A stretch of DNA of 64,000 nucleotides, from assembly GCF_009914755.1 (NCBI RefSeq), contig NC_060935.1; one strand, 5' to 3'. The position numbers and the translations under genes are program-made. Positions 1 to 13,706 of the stretch are shown here, one piece after another. Every line of letters starts with the position of its first letter. Position 1 is the stretch's first letter. Source of the DNA: the human T2T-CHM13v2.0 reference genome, Homo sapiens. Below the pieces are notes generated by a model that did not search any database, had not been told where the DNA came from, and saw only the letters and a program-made list of their open reading frames with translations.

Positions 1-1500
1 ATCCAGGGACAAAGCTGTAGACTTAACAGACAGAGAGATCAACTTCAAAGACAATTAAATGCTCATCAAGGCTCTTCTCTCATGTTCAGGTAAGGGCTCC
101 AGTAGGAAAATCCTAGAATGCTGGCACATTAGATGGAGAGGCCTGGGTGTATGCCATGAATCTTTCTGACTTCTCAAAGCCCTACTGAGTCTATAAAAAT
201 GACACTCCCATGAAGAGCTAGAATGCTCTAATACTCACTTCTTGTGTTGGTTAATAATTCAGAGGCTCTTTCCTGTAAGTCATCATGTGTGCCCCTCAGG
301 ATCTGCTCCCACGTCCCATCATGCCCACTGCTGCTATAACTGTGTTACGTTGTAGCATAACTTAGCTGGTTTTATAGTCAAAAGGAGCCACGTAAAATAG
401 ACATCATACACCAGCAAGTCCAGGGGGAGCATAAATGGGGTTGGATTCTGAGGGTGCTTAATCAAGGGGAATGAGTATAAAATAGGATAGGTAAGAGTTT
501 CTTGACTTGTAAATACTCTCCTATGATGTAGAATTTAACATCCAGGCAATGATCCCAGGATATGGGGCAAACTAGAATGTCAACTAAAGGCACGTAAAAA
601 GCAATGGACTATGCTGAATGAAGTCAAAGGGCTAAAAACTGGAGAAGTAGAAAAGGGAAAGGAATAAAAATGCTCTTGGAAGTGGGCAGGCGGGAAGTAG
701 ATACAGCATATATAGTCAGCAGGTCTAGCCAATGGGTATGCTTCATGGAAAGGCCCAGAGGATGTATTATTTATAAGGGCTATGAGGAATAACCTGGTGA
801 GACAGGCACCAGCAACACTAAAACTTGTAGTATTGCCTTTACTTTGTGAACTATGACTGTTAGTTGGATAAACTAAAATGTGGCTTTCTGATAGCAGTGG
901 GGTTAATAGGACCCACCTACACTTCAAAAAAAAAAATAGACGATAGGTGGTGGAGTTAACCACTAAATTTAATAGGTTACAATTATCTTATTATCCAGCA
1001 AGTTATAGTTGAAGTCAAGAGATCTGACCCACAGAGGATTATGAATTGGTAGATATTTATATAGTTATGGCACATGGCATCCCTATAGCAAGACAGATAG
1101 GTGGGCAACAAGGATATTACTCAGCTTGTACCAGCAGAAGAAATCAAGGATGGATGACCAGGAGGCTGAGGGTAGTTACCTCAATAAAAAAACATACCTT
1201 CCTCAATTCTCTAACCTGAGTCTGTTTCCTGTTCTCAAATCATTTGACCAAAAATAAAATTAGATCCTCCCAAGAGAAAGGAAGCTGCAACAACACAGTG
1301 AGTCTATTCCACAATGACTCTCATTCCTTCGCCGAAGGGATCCATAGCCAGTTATTCGAGTTAAACAATAAACTTGGAAAAAGGCATTATTCAAATACTT
1401 GTAGGACTACTGGACACAGGTCTTAATTGACATTGATGCCTGGAGATCCAAAGCATAATAATCATAGTACCATAGATGAGAGCTGGGTCATATGGGGCCA
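1..1500 (+). mobile_element. ERVL-class endogenous retrovirus internal relic (degenerate gag and start of protease)
   Basis: Around 750-850 translates to GPEDVLFIRAMRNNLVRQAPATLK, resembling ERVL Gag (GPEDxPFTxAxRNxxVRxAPASLK). Around 1404-1455 gives GLLDTG then, after a frameshift, LTLMPGDPKH (aspartic protease LLDTG motif). Stops and frameshifts are frequent; the 5' end lies outside the window. Confidence 0.75.
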
Positions 1501-3129
1501 CTAAGGTGTTCAATACATGTATGGGTGGATAAATATTTGTAAAAGTACCTGGCCTACATTAAAAATAAGAATCAACAAAGGCTAGTTAAATCTGTTAGCT
1601 GAATGCCACCAAGAAGCATAGATGAGCAAGATATCAGAGCAATATTTGTTTTAGGAATATAGGATTGGCTTGACTTTTGCAATTATTTGCTTTCATAATT
1701 ACTTTTTAACCTAGGCTAACATTAAAATTAGTTATTATTCCCAAGGGCATAATGAATGCCAGTAAACAATGTCAAGGACAATTTTCTCAGAGCAGAAAAT
1801 AAAGTAATACTGCAGTTGATTATTCATATGCAGATACTAGAGAGTTAGCTACCAGACAATGGTGATCAATAATAAAAAGAAATGTTGAGTTATTTCGTTC
1901 TGTGCAGATGACAGCTGCCCATAAGCTGTTGCCAAATCAGCACTCATAGAACATGGATACAGCCCCAGTATAATTTCTAAGCCCAGAGATTGGAAAAGTG
2001 ACCACCTGCCCCTCTGCAATGCAGTGGAATTTTTCAGGACAGGTAAATTTGTCGAAATCTATATACTGCCACAATATTTAGATTGATTTATAAATTTCTC
2101 AAATAGTCATATGTTAGAAATGAAGAATTTTAATATTCTTCTTATGTGACCCTGTCATGATATAATCCAGTACAGTTGGTCTAGAGATGCTCTGGAATTA
2201 TAAACAAAAGTCCAGAATCAGGTAGCATCCAAAGCCTTCAGGCATTTTTAATTTTACTGCACAATCCTACTCTAACTGCTGTTGCCAGAAAGGGTCCCCA
2301 TAGGGTGTGATTTAGCATAATACTGATAGCCACAGTGCTCTAAAGGCTGAACACAGAGGGAAAATCCAGGAAGTAGCCTGGTTCAAGTAGGTCTCAATAA
2401 CTGAGCCAGATTTTGTGTAAAGTTGGACATTATAAATGGTTCTTTGGGACATTTTCCCTTTTACTTCTGAAATGTTTTTCTTTTGTTCCTGAAAGTCAGA
2501 TCAGATGCTCATTTAAAGAACTTTGCTATACATACGTGATCTTTTGAGGTTTCAGGGAAAGTGAATTCATTCTTTTAATATGCTTCTGTGGGCAGATTTT
2601 GGAGAGCAATGAAAATAATTTCATTCTCAAAGTATGCTGAAAATTTTATACAATAATGTGTTTTGATCTGGGGAAGAAAAGTTCAATTAAAATTATAAAA
2701 ATAATACAATTGGAGCACTGAAAAATAGTTTCTTGTCAATGAATATTTCAAGACCATAATATTTCTTGAAATATTTTTATTTATAAATTAACCCAAAGGG
2801 ATATGTTAGTTATAATAATATTAGACTTGCTCAAAAATTAATTTAAATATCAAAGTATATTTTATTAAAGTACTTGTAAAATAATCATTATACCTATGAG
2901 TAAGCAATTAGACAATTTTAATCTCAAACTGAAAACCTCAAAATTTACCTCTGCTAGCTTGTATTACCTTCTAGCATTCTCTAAGCAGTACTGATCTTGC
3001 TTTCAGATATGGTAACTATCCTCTCCCCACAATTTCATTGAACAAAATCCTAAGACTGTTCTGATTCACTAAGAAATCAATTCCCTCTCTCTCTCTTCTA
3101 CTTGAAACTGTAGTCAAATCACTGTGTTA

Positions 3130-4183
<1,054 letters not shown>

Positions 4184-4280
4184 ATTCCTAGGGAAACTGA
4201 GATTATGAGAGCTAGAGACTATTTTAGAGGTGATCTAATCTAATAATTTCCAATTGTTTTATTTCTCAAAGTTTGTCTTT

Positions 4281-4621
<341 letters not shown>

Positions 4622-4671
4622 TAGCATTGAGGAACTACATGATCTTGTCTTCAAAACCTCCTATGACTCAT

Positions 4672-4720
4672 CCTCAAATAGATTTTCTAGGAAGCCCTCA
4701 AATAGATTTTCTAGGAAGCC
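4672..4720. repeat. Perfect 24-bp tandem duplication
   Basis: cctcaaatagattttctaggaagc at 4672-4695 and again at 4696-4719. Confidence 0.95.
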
Positions 4721-5429
4721 ACCCAGACAGCTAGAATTCATGACATTTTATGTTAAAATATATAAAAACAAGTTCACAAATGTTGGATTCATTGGCTTTT
4801 CAGAATTCACTGAACTGCCAGGTATTATGCCTTTTTTAAAAAAAAGAACCAGAACTTGTGAGTACTTTAGTAGACTTCATTTATTTTCAAATGGTTCCTT
4901 CAGTTGGACACCAATGTGAGTAAACCACCCCTTTTCTCCCCAGTGAACCACTGCTGCTAAGACTCTCACTGTTGAAGTTTTGCGCTTGTTTACTATTTAA
5001 CCCACACCATGCAGTTCTCTTCCTCATTATAATGTGATTATTTCACAGTGGTGTCATGTTTTCATAGTGATGCAAGGTTGAGTCTGCACAGCGGTGTCAT
5101 AAATAGAACATTCTACCATCTTTAACATCAAGTTAAATATAAGTATAAATGGAGATTGCCACAATTCTGAAAGTAAGGCACCTGATTCAGTCTTTAATGC
5201 AATCCTTATCACTCAATGTGTTCTTACGTATTAATGAATATGTGGCCAGTAGAGAGAAGCATGGGATAAATGCCATGGTACCTGCAATTTGTTTTTTTTA
5301 ATTCAAATGTACTTTCATTAATGAAAAATTTTTATATTCACTTACCACATTTATAAAACGTTTCACATATATTGCCCATCTTCTTTAGAAAAGATTTCAT
5401 TAAATATCTAAACTAAATCAGATCTTCCT

Positions 5430-5645
5430 ATCATATGCTAATATCATATCCTATAATTTTCCTTCTTAGCAATTATCATATTTTATAATTACATAATGGT
5501 GTGATTGCTTGATGAATGCCTGTCTTCTATATTAGACTCTAAATTGCAGTATAGCAATTATTAGTTTTCGTGAGCATCGTGGCTATCCTTAGCACCTACA
5601 GTGCTTGGCACACAGAAAATAATAGGCGTTTGTAGAATAACTATA
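5430..5645 (+). mobile_element. L2 3'-end fragment
   Basis: gcctgtcttc...tagactctaaatt...ccttagcacctacagtgcttggcacacag is a typical L2 3' terminus. Confidence 0.6.
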
Positions 5646-5824
5646 TTTAAAAATAAATTATTTTCTTATATGAGCTCCTGCTAATTGATAACAAAACTCT
5701 TACCCAAAAAGTCACAGCAAGCCTTCAGAGTTCTCAGCACAACCTTCCAGAGTCACTGCCAATTAAAATGGTCAGACATATTAAAACTTATTTGTCGTTC
5801 TTGACCTTTCTACTTATCTAGAAC

Positions 5825-6160
5825 ACCATTTCTTAAAATTCCTTCCTGATAATAGTCACCTTCAGGGCTTATTAGAAAAAACATATTCCCAGGATCCTCC
5901 CCTAGAGATTCTGATTCAGTGAGCTTGAGATTAGACCCAGGGATTTTTTAACAAGCATCCCAGGTAATTGGTATTATCAGTGGAACTGGAAAACACTGAT
6001 ATAGACATGCTTTACAAATTTGTCTAAACATAAGATTTATCTGATAATTCAATTAAAAGAAAAAAATACCTAGCCATACCCCAGGACTTCTAAATTAGAA
6101 TGTATAGAGAAATTGGGAATCTGGATGTTTAACAAACACCATGTGATTCTGTTGATTAAA
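5825..6160. mobile_element. Two adjacent MER5-type (hAT-Charlie) MITE relics
   Basis: ccctagagattctgattcagt...tttttaacaagcatcccaggtaatt, and a second copy with gggaatctggatgtttaacaaacaccatgtgattct. Confidence 0.6.
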
Positions 6161-6626
6161 TGTGAGAGACTTAACTATCTATTACTTAACTGTATGTAAC
6201 TTCTGTTTTGTGAGCTTAGATGTAGCTTTTTTTAAGAGTAGAACAAAGTTAAATCTTTGAAATAAGGAAAAATATGTTTTGCATGAATATGATAAGTTGA
6301 ATACATGCATTATCTCAATCTTTATCCTTAAGCCCAATTAAAATATTATAAAATTGATTTTAAAACTCACAAGGGTAAGAAGAACAAGGGAAAACATGCC
6401 AGCTGAATCCAGAAATCACAACTTAAAAAGTACACGAATAGCAAGAATGATTTGGGTTTCAGCATTCACACCCTTGCTAAGGGCTTGCAGGAGAAAACCA
6501 CAAGAATCAAGCTAACTGGGTCCACAGATTCCCAGTGAGTCTCATTAATTGGAGGCTCAAGTACAGATCTTCCATGTACTGCATTTGGGATAGAAGTGTG
6601 GAACCGTAAACAAACAAACAACAAAC

Positions 6627-6651
6627 CATCACCACCAATACCACCACCACC

Positions 6652-6683
<32 letters not shown>

Positions 6684-6689
6684 CAACAG
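6627..6689. repeat. Compound (ACC)n(ACA)n microsatellite
   Basis: Visible directly: accaccacc... followed by acaacaaca... Confidence 0.95.
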
Positions 6690-7985
6690 ACCAGGAGGAA
6701 GAGTTGCAAATACATCTATGAAATAGCTGTACCTTCAAAACTTCTGGCTCACTACCCCTTCCCATTCTAACAGAAGGCGGCAGACTTACCGCCAGGAGAG
6801 TTTGAGTAAATCAAGTACAGTGGAATGCAATAGAGAAAACAAAACGGGTAGACTAAACAGAAATTTACAGGCAAGAATGAAAGAAAAAAAGCAGAAATGA
6901 TTAAGGTCAGTCATCTCATCAATGAGCCACTGCACTAGCTCTGAAGTCCCAACTTTCAGATTTCTTGTACAACCAAAATCACTAAATGTCTTTGATGCTT
7001 AGTCTACTATTTTCTTTCTTTTTTGAACTCCCAGAAACACTCTCCACCAGGCTTATAGTACCCTATGCAGGTAAGTAAATGACTGTTATCTTTATAAATC
7101 AGATTGATAGAAGGGACAGAGATAATGTCAAGTGGATATTTTCTTTAAAAAGAAAAATGAACAAATAAGAACACCTGTAACCTATACCCTTTGATTACCA
7201 GATAGTCAACACACTAGTGAAAGAATCTGTCAGCCACACACACGAGAAGAAATAGACTACCTGAATGGGCCTATGTTTATTAAAGAAATTGAATCAACAA
7301 TTAATAACCTTCCAAGATACCACCCCATATATATTCACGGGTGAATTCTACCAAACACTGAAGGAAGAAACAATACCAATTCTCTGCAAACTTTTTGAGA
7401 AGATAGAAGCATAAGGAATACTTCCTACTTTCATTCTATGAGGACAGCATCTCCCTAAAACCAAAATTAGACAATGACATTATAAGACAAGGAAACTAAC
7501 TACAGATCAATGTCGCTCATAATCATAGATGGAAAAATCCTCAACAAAATTTTAGTAAATTGAATTTTTAAAAGTACAAAAAGGATAATATACATGATCA
7601 AGAGGAATTTACCCCAAGTGTGCAAGGCTGATTCAACAGTCAAAAATCAATTAATGTTATCCATTACAATAAGATAAAGAATTAAAATCACATGATCATA
7701 TTAATATATGCTGAAAAAGCATTTGATGAAATTCAATACTCACTCATGATAAAAAAAAAAAACCTCAGTAAACTTAGAGGGAAAGTTCCTCAAATTGGTA
7801 AGAATAGCTGCAAAAAATCTATAGCTAACATACTTAATAGTGCAAAGCTAGATTTTCCACAAGATGAGGAACAAGGCAGGATATCTCCTGTCATGACTAC
7901 TTTTCAAAATCATACTGGAAGTTGTAGCTAATGCAATAAGACAAAAAATAAAATAAAATAAAATGTTTGTGGAGGGAGGGAGCAG

Positions 7986-8286
<301 letters not shown>

Positions 8287-8552
8287 GCTATACTGATTGG
8301 TAAGGAAGAAATAAAACTGTTTTTGTTCACAGATGGTATGATTGTTTATGTAGAACATCTTGAGATTCTTGAAAGTCAATTCTTGAAAGCCTCAACAAGA
8401 ATAAAGAAACACCTTCTAAAACTAATAAGAAATGATAGCAAGGTTGTAGGATATAAGGTGCAAGATCAATACACAAAAGCCAATTAACATTCCTTTATGC
8501 CAGCAACGAACAAGTAGAATTTGAAATTAAGAACACAATGCCATTTCCATTG

Positions 8553-8814
8553 GCACCCACAAAAGGAAATACTTATGCATAAATCCAACAAAGTATGTGT
8601 AATATCTATATCAGAAAAACTGTGTTGAGGTATAGAAAACAGTATAACAAAACAAATGGAGAGATATTCCATATTCATGAATAGCACCCACAAAAGAAAA
8701 TACTTATGCTTAAATCTGACAAAATATGTACGATATCTATATCAGAAAACCTGTGTTGAGGTATAGAAAACAGTATAACAAAACAAATGGAGAGATACTC
8801 CATATTCATGAATA
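8553..8814. repeat. 131-bp tandem duplication inside L1M
   Basis: Units at 8553-8683 and 8684-8814 (gcacccacaaaag...ccatattcatgaata), about 10 mismatches by eye. Confidence 0.92.
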
Positions 8815-9687
8815 GCAAGATAATATTATCAAGATGTCAGTTCTTGATTTGATTTATTGATTGAATGCACTCCCAATTAAAATCTTAGATAGTTGTTTTG
8901 TTGATATCAACAAACTTATTCTAACATTTATATAAAAAAGCAAAAGACCCACAATAGCCAGCACAGTATTGAAGGAGAAGAACAAAGTTGGAAGCCTGAT
9001 ACTACCCAACTTCAGGACTTACTATAAAGCTATATTAATCAAGACTGTGTGGTACTGATGAAGGGACAGACAAATAGATCAATGGAACATAACAGAGAGC
9101 CCATAAATAGACCCACATAAGCATAGTCAACTGATCTTCGACAAAAGAGCAAAGTCAATACAAAGGAGAAACCATAGTCTTTTCAACAAATGGCACTAGA
9201 ACAACTGGACATTCACATGCAAAAATGCAAAAAAAAAATTTTTGCATTCACATGCAAAAAATGAATCTGGACATAGACCTTACTCTTCACAAAAACTAAC
9301 TTAAAATGGACACAAACCTAAAGGTAAAACACAAAGCTATAAAACCACCAGAAGATAACAGAGAGGAAATCTAGATTACCTTGGGTTTGGCTATAATTTC
9401 TTTAGATATAACACCAAAGGCATGACAAATAAAAGAATGTATTGATAAACTAGACTACAACTAAAATTTTCTAGTCCATGAAAGACACTGTCAAGAGAAT
9501 AAAAAGACAAGACTGGGACAGAATAGTTGCAAAAGACGCACCTGATAATACTTTTATCCCAAATACACAAATAACTCTTAAAACTGTACAATAAAAAATA
9601 TAATTAAAAAATAGACCAAAGATATTAACAGAAACTTCACCAAAGAAGATATACAAATGGCAAATAAGCATATGAAAAGATACTCCA

Positions 9688-9961
9688 GGAGTCCTGGCAT
9701 GTGGCTTATACCTATCAATCACAGCATTTTGGGAAGCTGGGGCAGGTGGACTACTGAAGGCTACGAGTTCAAGACTGGACTGGACACAAAGGAAGACCCT
9801 GTCTCTAGAAAAAAAAAAATAGCCAGACATCAGATGGCATGTGCTTGTAGTCCCAGCTACTTGAGAGGTTGAGGTAGGAGGATGGCTTGAAACCAGGAGT
9901 TAGATGTTTCAGTGAGCTATCACTGCACTCCAGCCTGGGTGACAGGGTGAGACCCTGTATC

Positions 9962-9996
<35 letters not shown>

Positions 9997-10028
9997 AAAG
10001 AAAAAGAAAAGAAGAGAGAAAGAAAAGG
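9688..10028 (+). mobile_element. AluJ with long A/(GAAAA)n tail, inserted in L1M
   Basis: Diverged Alu. TSD aaagatactcca at 9676-9687 and 10029-10040. Confidence 0.92.
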
Positions 10029-10146
10029 AAAGATACTCCACACCCACATCATATGCCATCAGGGAAATGCAAATTAAAATGTTAGGGAGATACCATTACT
10101 TACCTGTTAAAGTGGCCAAAATTTGGAACACTGAGAATACCAAATA

Positions 10147-10375
10147 CAGATCATTTCTTACTTACAATGGTTTGACTTAAGATTTTTTTTTTACTTTATT
10201 ATGGTGTGAAAGTGATATACATTCAGTACACTCCTCAATTTCTGATGGGGTCATGTCTGGACAAATCCATGGTGAGTTGAATATACTCTCAGTCAAAAAC
10301 ACACATTCGACTTATATTTTCAACTTATCACAGGTTTATCCAGACATAACCCTATCATAAGTCAAGGAGCATCTC
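10147..10375. mobile_element. MER47/Tigger5-type TcMar-Tigger MITE inserted in L1M
   Basis: Flanked by TA at 10145-10146 and 10376-10377. Ends cagatcatttcttacttacaatgg and cataagtcaaggagcatct resemble MER47 TIRs. The L1 sequence resumes afterwards. Confidence 0.8.
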
Positions 10376-10970
10376 TACAGATGAGGATGCAGAGAAACAG
10401 GAACTCTTCATTCATTGCTGGTGGGAATGCCTCTTTGGGAGACAGTTTGGCAGTCTCTTACAAATCTAGACATATCGTTACCATATGAACCAGTACTTGT
10501 GCTCCTTGATATTTACCAGAAGAAAATGAAAACATACATCCATTGAAAAACCTGCACATGGATTTGTATGGCAGCTTTATCCATAATTTCCTGAAACTGG
10601 AATAAATCAAGACGTTAAGTAGGTGAATAAACTGCGTTACATCTAGACAATGGAATATTATTCAGTGCGAAAAAGGAATGAGCTATCAATCCATAAAAAG
10701 ACATGGAGAAAACTTAAATGAATATTACTAAGTGAAAAAAGCTAGGCTTAAAAGGTTACATATTCTATGATTCCAACTATATAACATGCTAGAAAATGCC
10801 AAACTTTGGAGACAGTAAAATGATTAGTGTTTTCCAGGGATTAGGAAGAAGGAAGGGATGAATAATCAAAGCACAGAGGATTTTTTTAGGGTGGTGAAAA
10901 TTCTCTGTACAATGCTATAATGATGGATGCACATTATTATACATTTGTCAAAACACATGGAATGTACAAC

Positions 10971-11434
10971 TAATATCGAGAATCTACAAAGAACTCAAAC
11001 AAATAGGTAAGAAGAAAACAAACAATCCCATCAAAATGCATATGGAAAAGTACTCAACATCAGTATCAGGAAATGCAAATTCAAAACCACAATGCGATAC
11101 CACCTCACCCCTTCAAGAATGGCCATAATCAAAACATCAAAAATAATCAATGTTGTCATGGATGCGGTGAGAAAGGATCACTTTTACACTGTTGGTGGAA
11201 ATGTAAACTAGTACAACCACTATAGAAAAGAGTGTGGAGATTCCTTAAAGAACTAAAAGTAGATCTACCATTGATCCAGCAATCCCACGACTAGGTATCT
11301 ACCCAGAAAACAAAAAGGTCATTTTACAAAAAAAGATACTTACACATGCACGTTTATAGCAGCACGATTTGCAATTGCAAAAATAGGGAGCCAGTCCAAA
11401 TGTCCATCAGTCAAAGAGTAGATAAAGAAAATGT

Positions 11435-11479
<45 letters not shown>

Positions 11480-11860
11480 GTACTGTGGAATACTACTGAA
11501 CCATAAAAAGGAACAAAATAATGGCACTCACAGCAACGTGGTTGGAATTGTAGGCTATTATTCTAAATGAAGTAACTCAGGAATGGAAAACCAAACATCA
11601 CAAGTTCTCACTCATATGTGAGAGCTAAGCTATGAGGAAGCAAAGGCATAAGAATGACACATTGGACTTTGGGGACTCAGGTTAAAGGGTGGGGCGTGGC
11701 CAGGAATAAAAGACTATACATTGGGTACGGTGTACACCATTTGGGTGATGGGTGCACCAAAATCTCAGAAATCACGACTAAGGTACTTATTCATGTAACC
11801 AAACACTACCTGTTCCCCAAAAACCTATTGAAATAAAAAAATAAAAAAATTTAATAAAAA
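10971..11860 (+). mobile_element. L1PB 3' fragment with A tail and internal (TG)n(TA)n at about 11437-11480
   Basis: 3' end gggtgatgggtgcaccaaaatctcagaaatcac...cctgttccccaaaaacctattgaaataaaa is characteristic of L1PB. Confidence 0.9.
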
Positions 11861-12254
11861 CACAAGGTAGAACATGACATGCAGATTAGTAATGACATAA
11901 GAGATATGGCTTTCATGTTGTGTGGAAATTAGACACAGCTTTGTGAGAGAAAAAAATAGAGTGATCTGCTTTTCTTTCTTAGCACCTTAAAACTTATGTC
12001 TCCAAAGGCTCAAAGAAGCAACTTTCTCTTCCTTATAAGAAAGTAAAGGGATGTTATTCTAGATGAGTTCTCTGAGAATTGTTCTCCTTTCCTTAGACAA
12101 AAAAGAACTTTCAAATATGGCTAGAACACACAAAGCGTGGCTGCATTAGTTCAGTACCTCTCAGGTTGGCATATGCATATCTAAAAACTAAGACTCCTGG
12201 GTGGAAATAAATGGCCTATGTTCTTCTCATGGTAGAGCACATACCTACAACCGT

Positions 12255-13706
12255 GTAATATATTTTACATGACACAGGAATCCTCGTAAGGATGTGAAAA
12301 CTAAAACTGTTTAACTTGGGTATGAAATTGATTCGAACAATACAGGTTTGAATTGTACAGGTCCACTTAGACATGGAAATTTTTTCAACAAATATATTAG
12401 AAAACTTTTTAGAGATTTGCAAGAATTTGAAAGACTCCCAGATGAACTGCATAGCCTAGAAATATCAAAAAAAAAAAGAGAAAAGCTATGTCAAAAACGA
12501 AAAAAATCATACGTAGATACTAGTCCATTTCATCAATTCCCACAAGATGTACACAAATCTATTGCAAAAAATAAAATTTATCAAAACTTACGCTCACACT
12601 TACAGACCATATGTAGCACAGCTATATGCAGTTGAGAGAAATGTAAGCAAACATAAAAATGCGATATTAAATCTTAACTGCATAAATTGTGTGTAGTACA
12701 ATATGTACTACTGTAATATCTTTACAGTCATCTCCTCTTGTTATTAATAATGTTGAGCTCTAGTGCTGCAAGTATCTGCTTAAAATGCTGGGAGAGGTGA
12801 ATCATCTTTCAATAAGCAGTTGATCTATCCAGTAAATTGTGTATTGCAGTAAAAAGCGATGTTTTGCAGTTCTCATGTATTTTTCATCTTGTTTAGTGCA
12901 ATGCCTTAAACCTTTAATAACAGGGACCCGCACAAAGTGCCACTAGTCCCACTAGATCTGCTGGAGGTGCCCCTAAGAAGTGGAGAAAAGTCATGGAATT
13001 TTAAGCAAAAGTTGAATTGCTTGACATGTACTGTAGATAGAGATCTGCAGCTGCCTTTGCTCATCATTTCAGACAGACGATTCATCTTGTAAACACATGA
13101 GGTAAACTTACGGTATAAGCAAAACATACAGTACTGTAAATGTATTTTTTCTTTCTTATGATTTTCTTAACAATATTTTGTTTTTTCTAGTTTACTTGAT
13201 TGTTAGAATACAGTATATTATACATTAACATACAAATTACATGTTAATCAACTCTATATTATCGGCAAGGCTTCTTCTGGTCAACAGTAGGCTATTAGTA
13301 ATTAAGTTGGGGGGAGTCAAAGGTTATATGCTGTTTTTCTATTGTGTAGTGAGTTAGTGCTTCTAGCAACCCCATGTTGTTCACGGGTCAACTGTATTTT
13401 ATAGTAGGTTTGATGAAAAGTGGATATACTGGACAAAGGGGATGTGATCTAATAATAATAAACTGGGGGAAGCTGAGTAAGACTTGTTAATTCAGGTACT
13501 TCTCTGTGACCCTTCATCTTCAGAGAGAAGGAGGTTTCTTTCCTTGAGGTACAGGGAGGGCAACTCTCACATGAGAATCTTATGACCTGCTTAAGAGAAG
13601 AAGGGTGAGGGTTGGGGGTAAGTTCAGAGTAACAAGTCTGCGTCTACTCTTTTCTTCAATATGCCAAGGTGCAATATTTGAGATAGTGTTTCCTGAATCT
13701 CATTAT
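12255..13706 (-). mobile_element. ERV1 LTR fragment (MER34-group-like) split by Tigger2b
   Basis: 12255-12320 (ttttacatgacacagga) continues at 13397 (taggtttgatgaa...gatctaataataataaactggggg). The end aatatgccaaggtgcaatatttg...cctgaatctcatta is the reverse complement of a MER34-group LTR start. Confidence 0.6.
12323..13394 (+). mobile_element. Tigger2b-type DNA transposon (about 1.07 kb, non-autonomous)
   Basis: Start gaacaatacaggtttgaattgtacaggtccactta; end cccatgttgttcacgggtcaactg followed by TA. TIRs and internal sequence match the recalled Tigger2 consensus. Confidence 0.85.

Noticed and set aside
580-963. 127-aa minus-strand ORF
   Set aside because: It is antisense to the ERVL gag relic and has no protein-like features.
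6466-6765. ORF with poly-Val and poly-Gly
   Set aside because: It is a read-through of the (ACC)n(ACA)n microsatellite.
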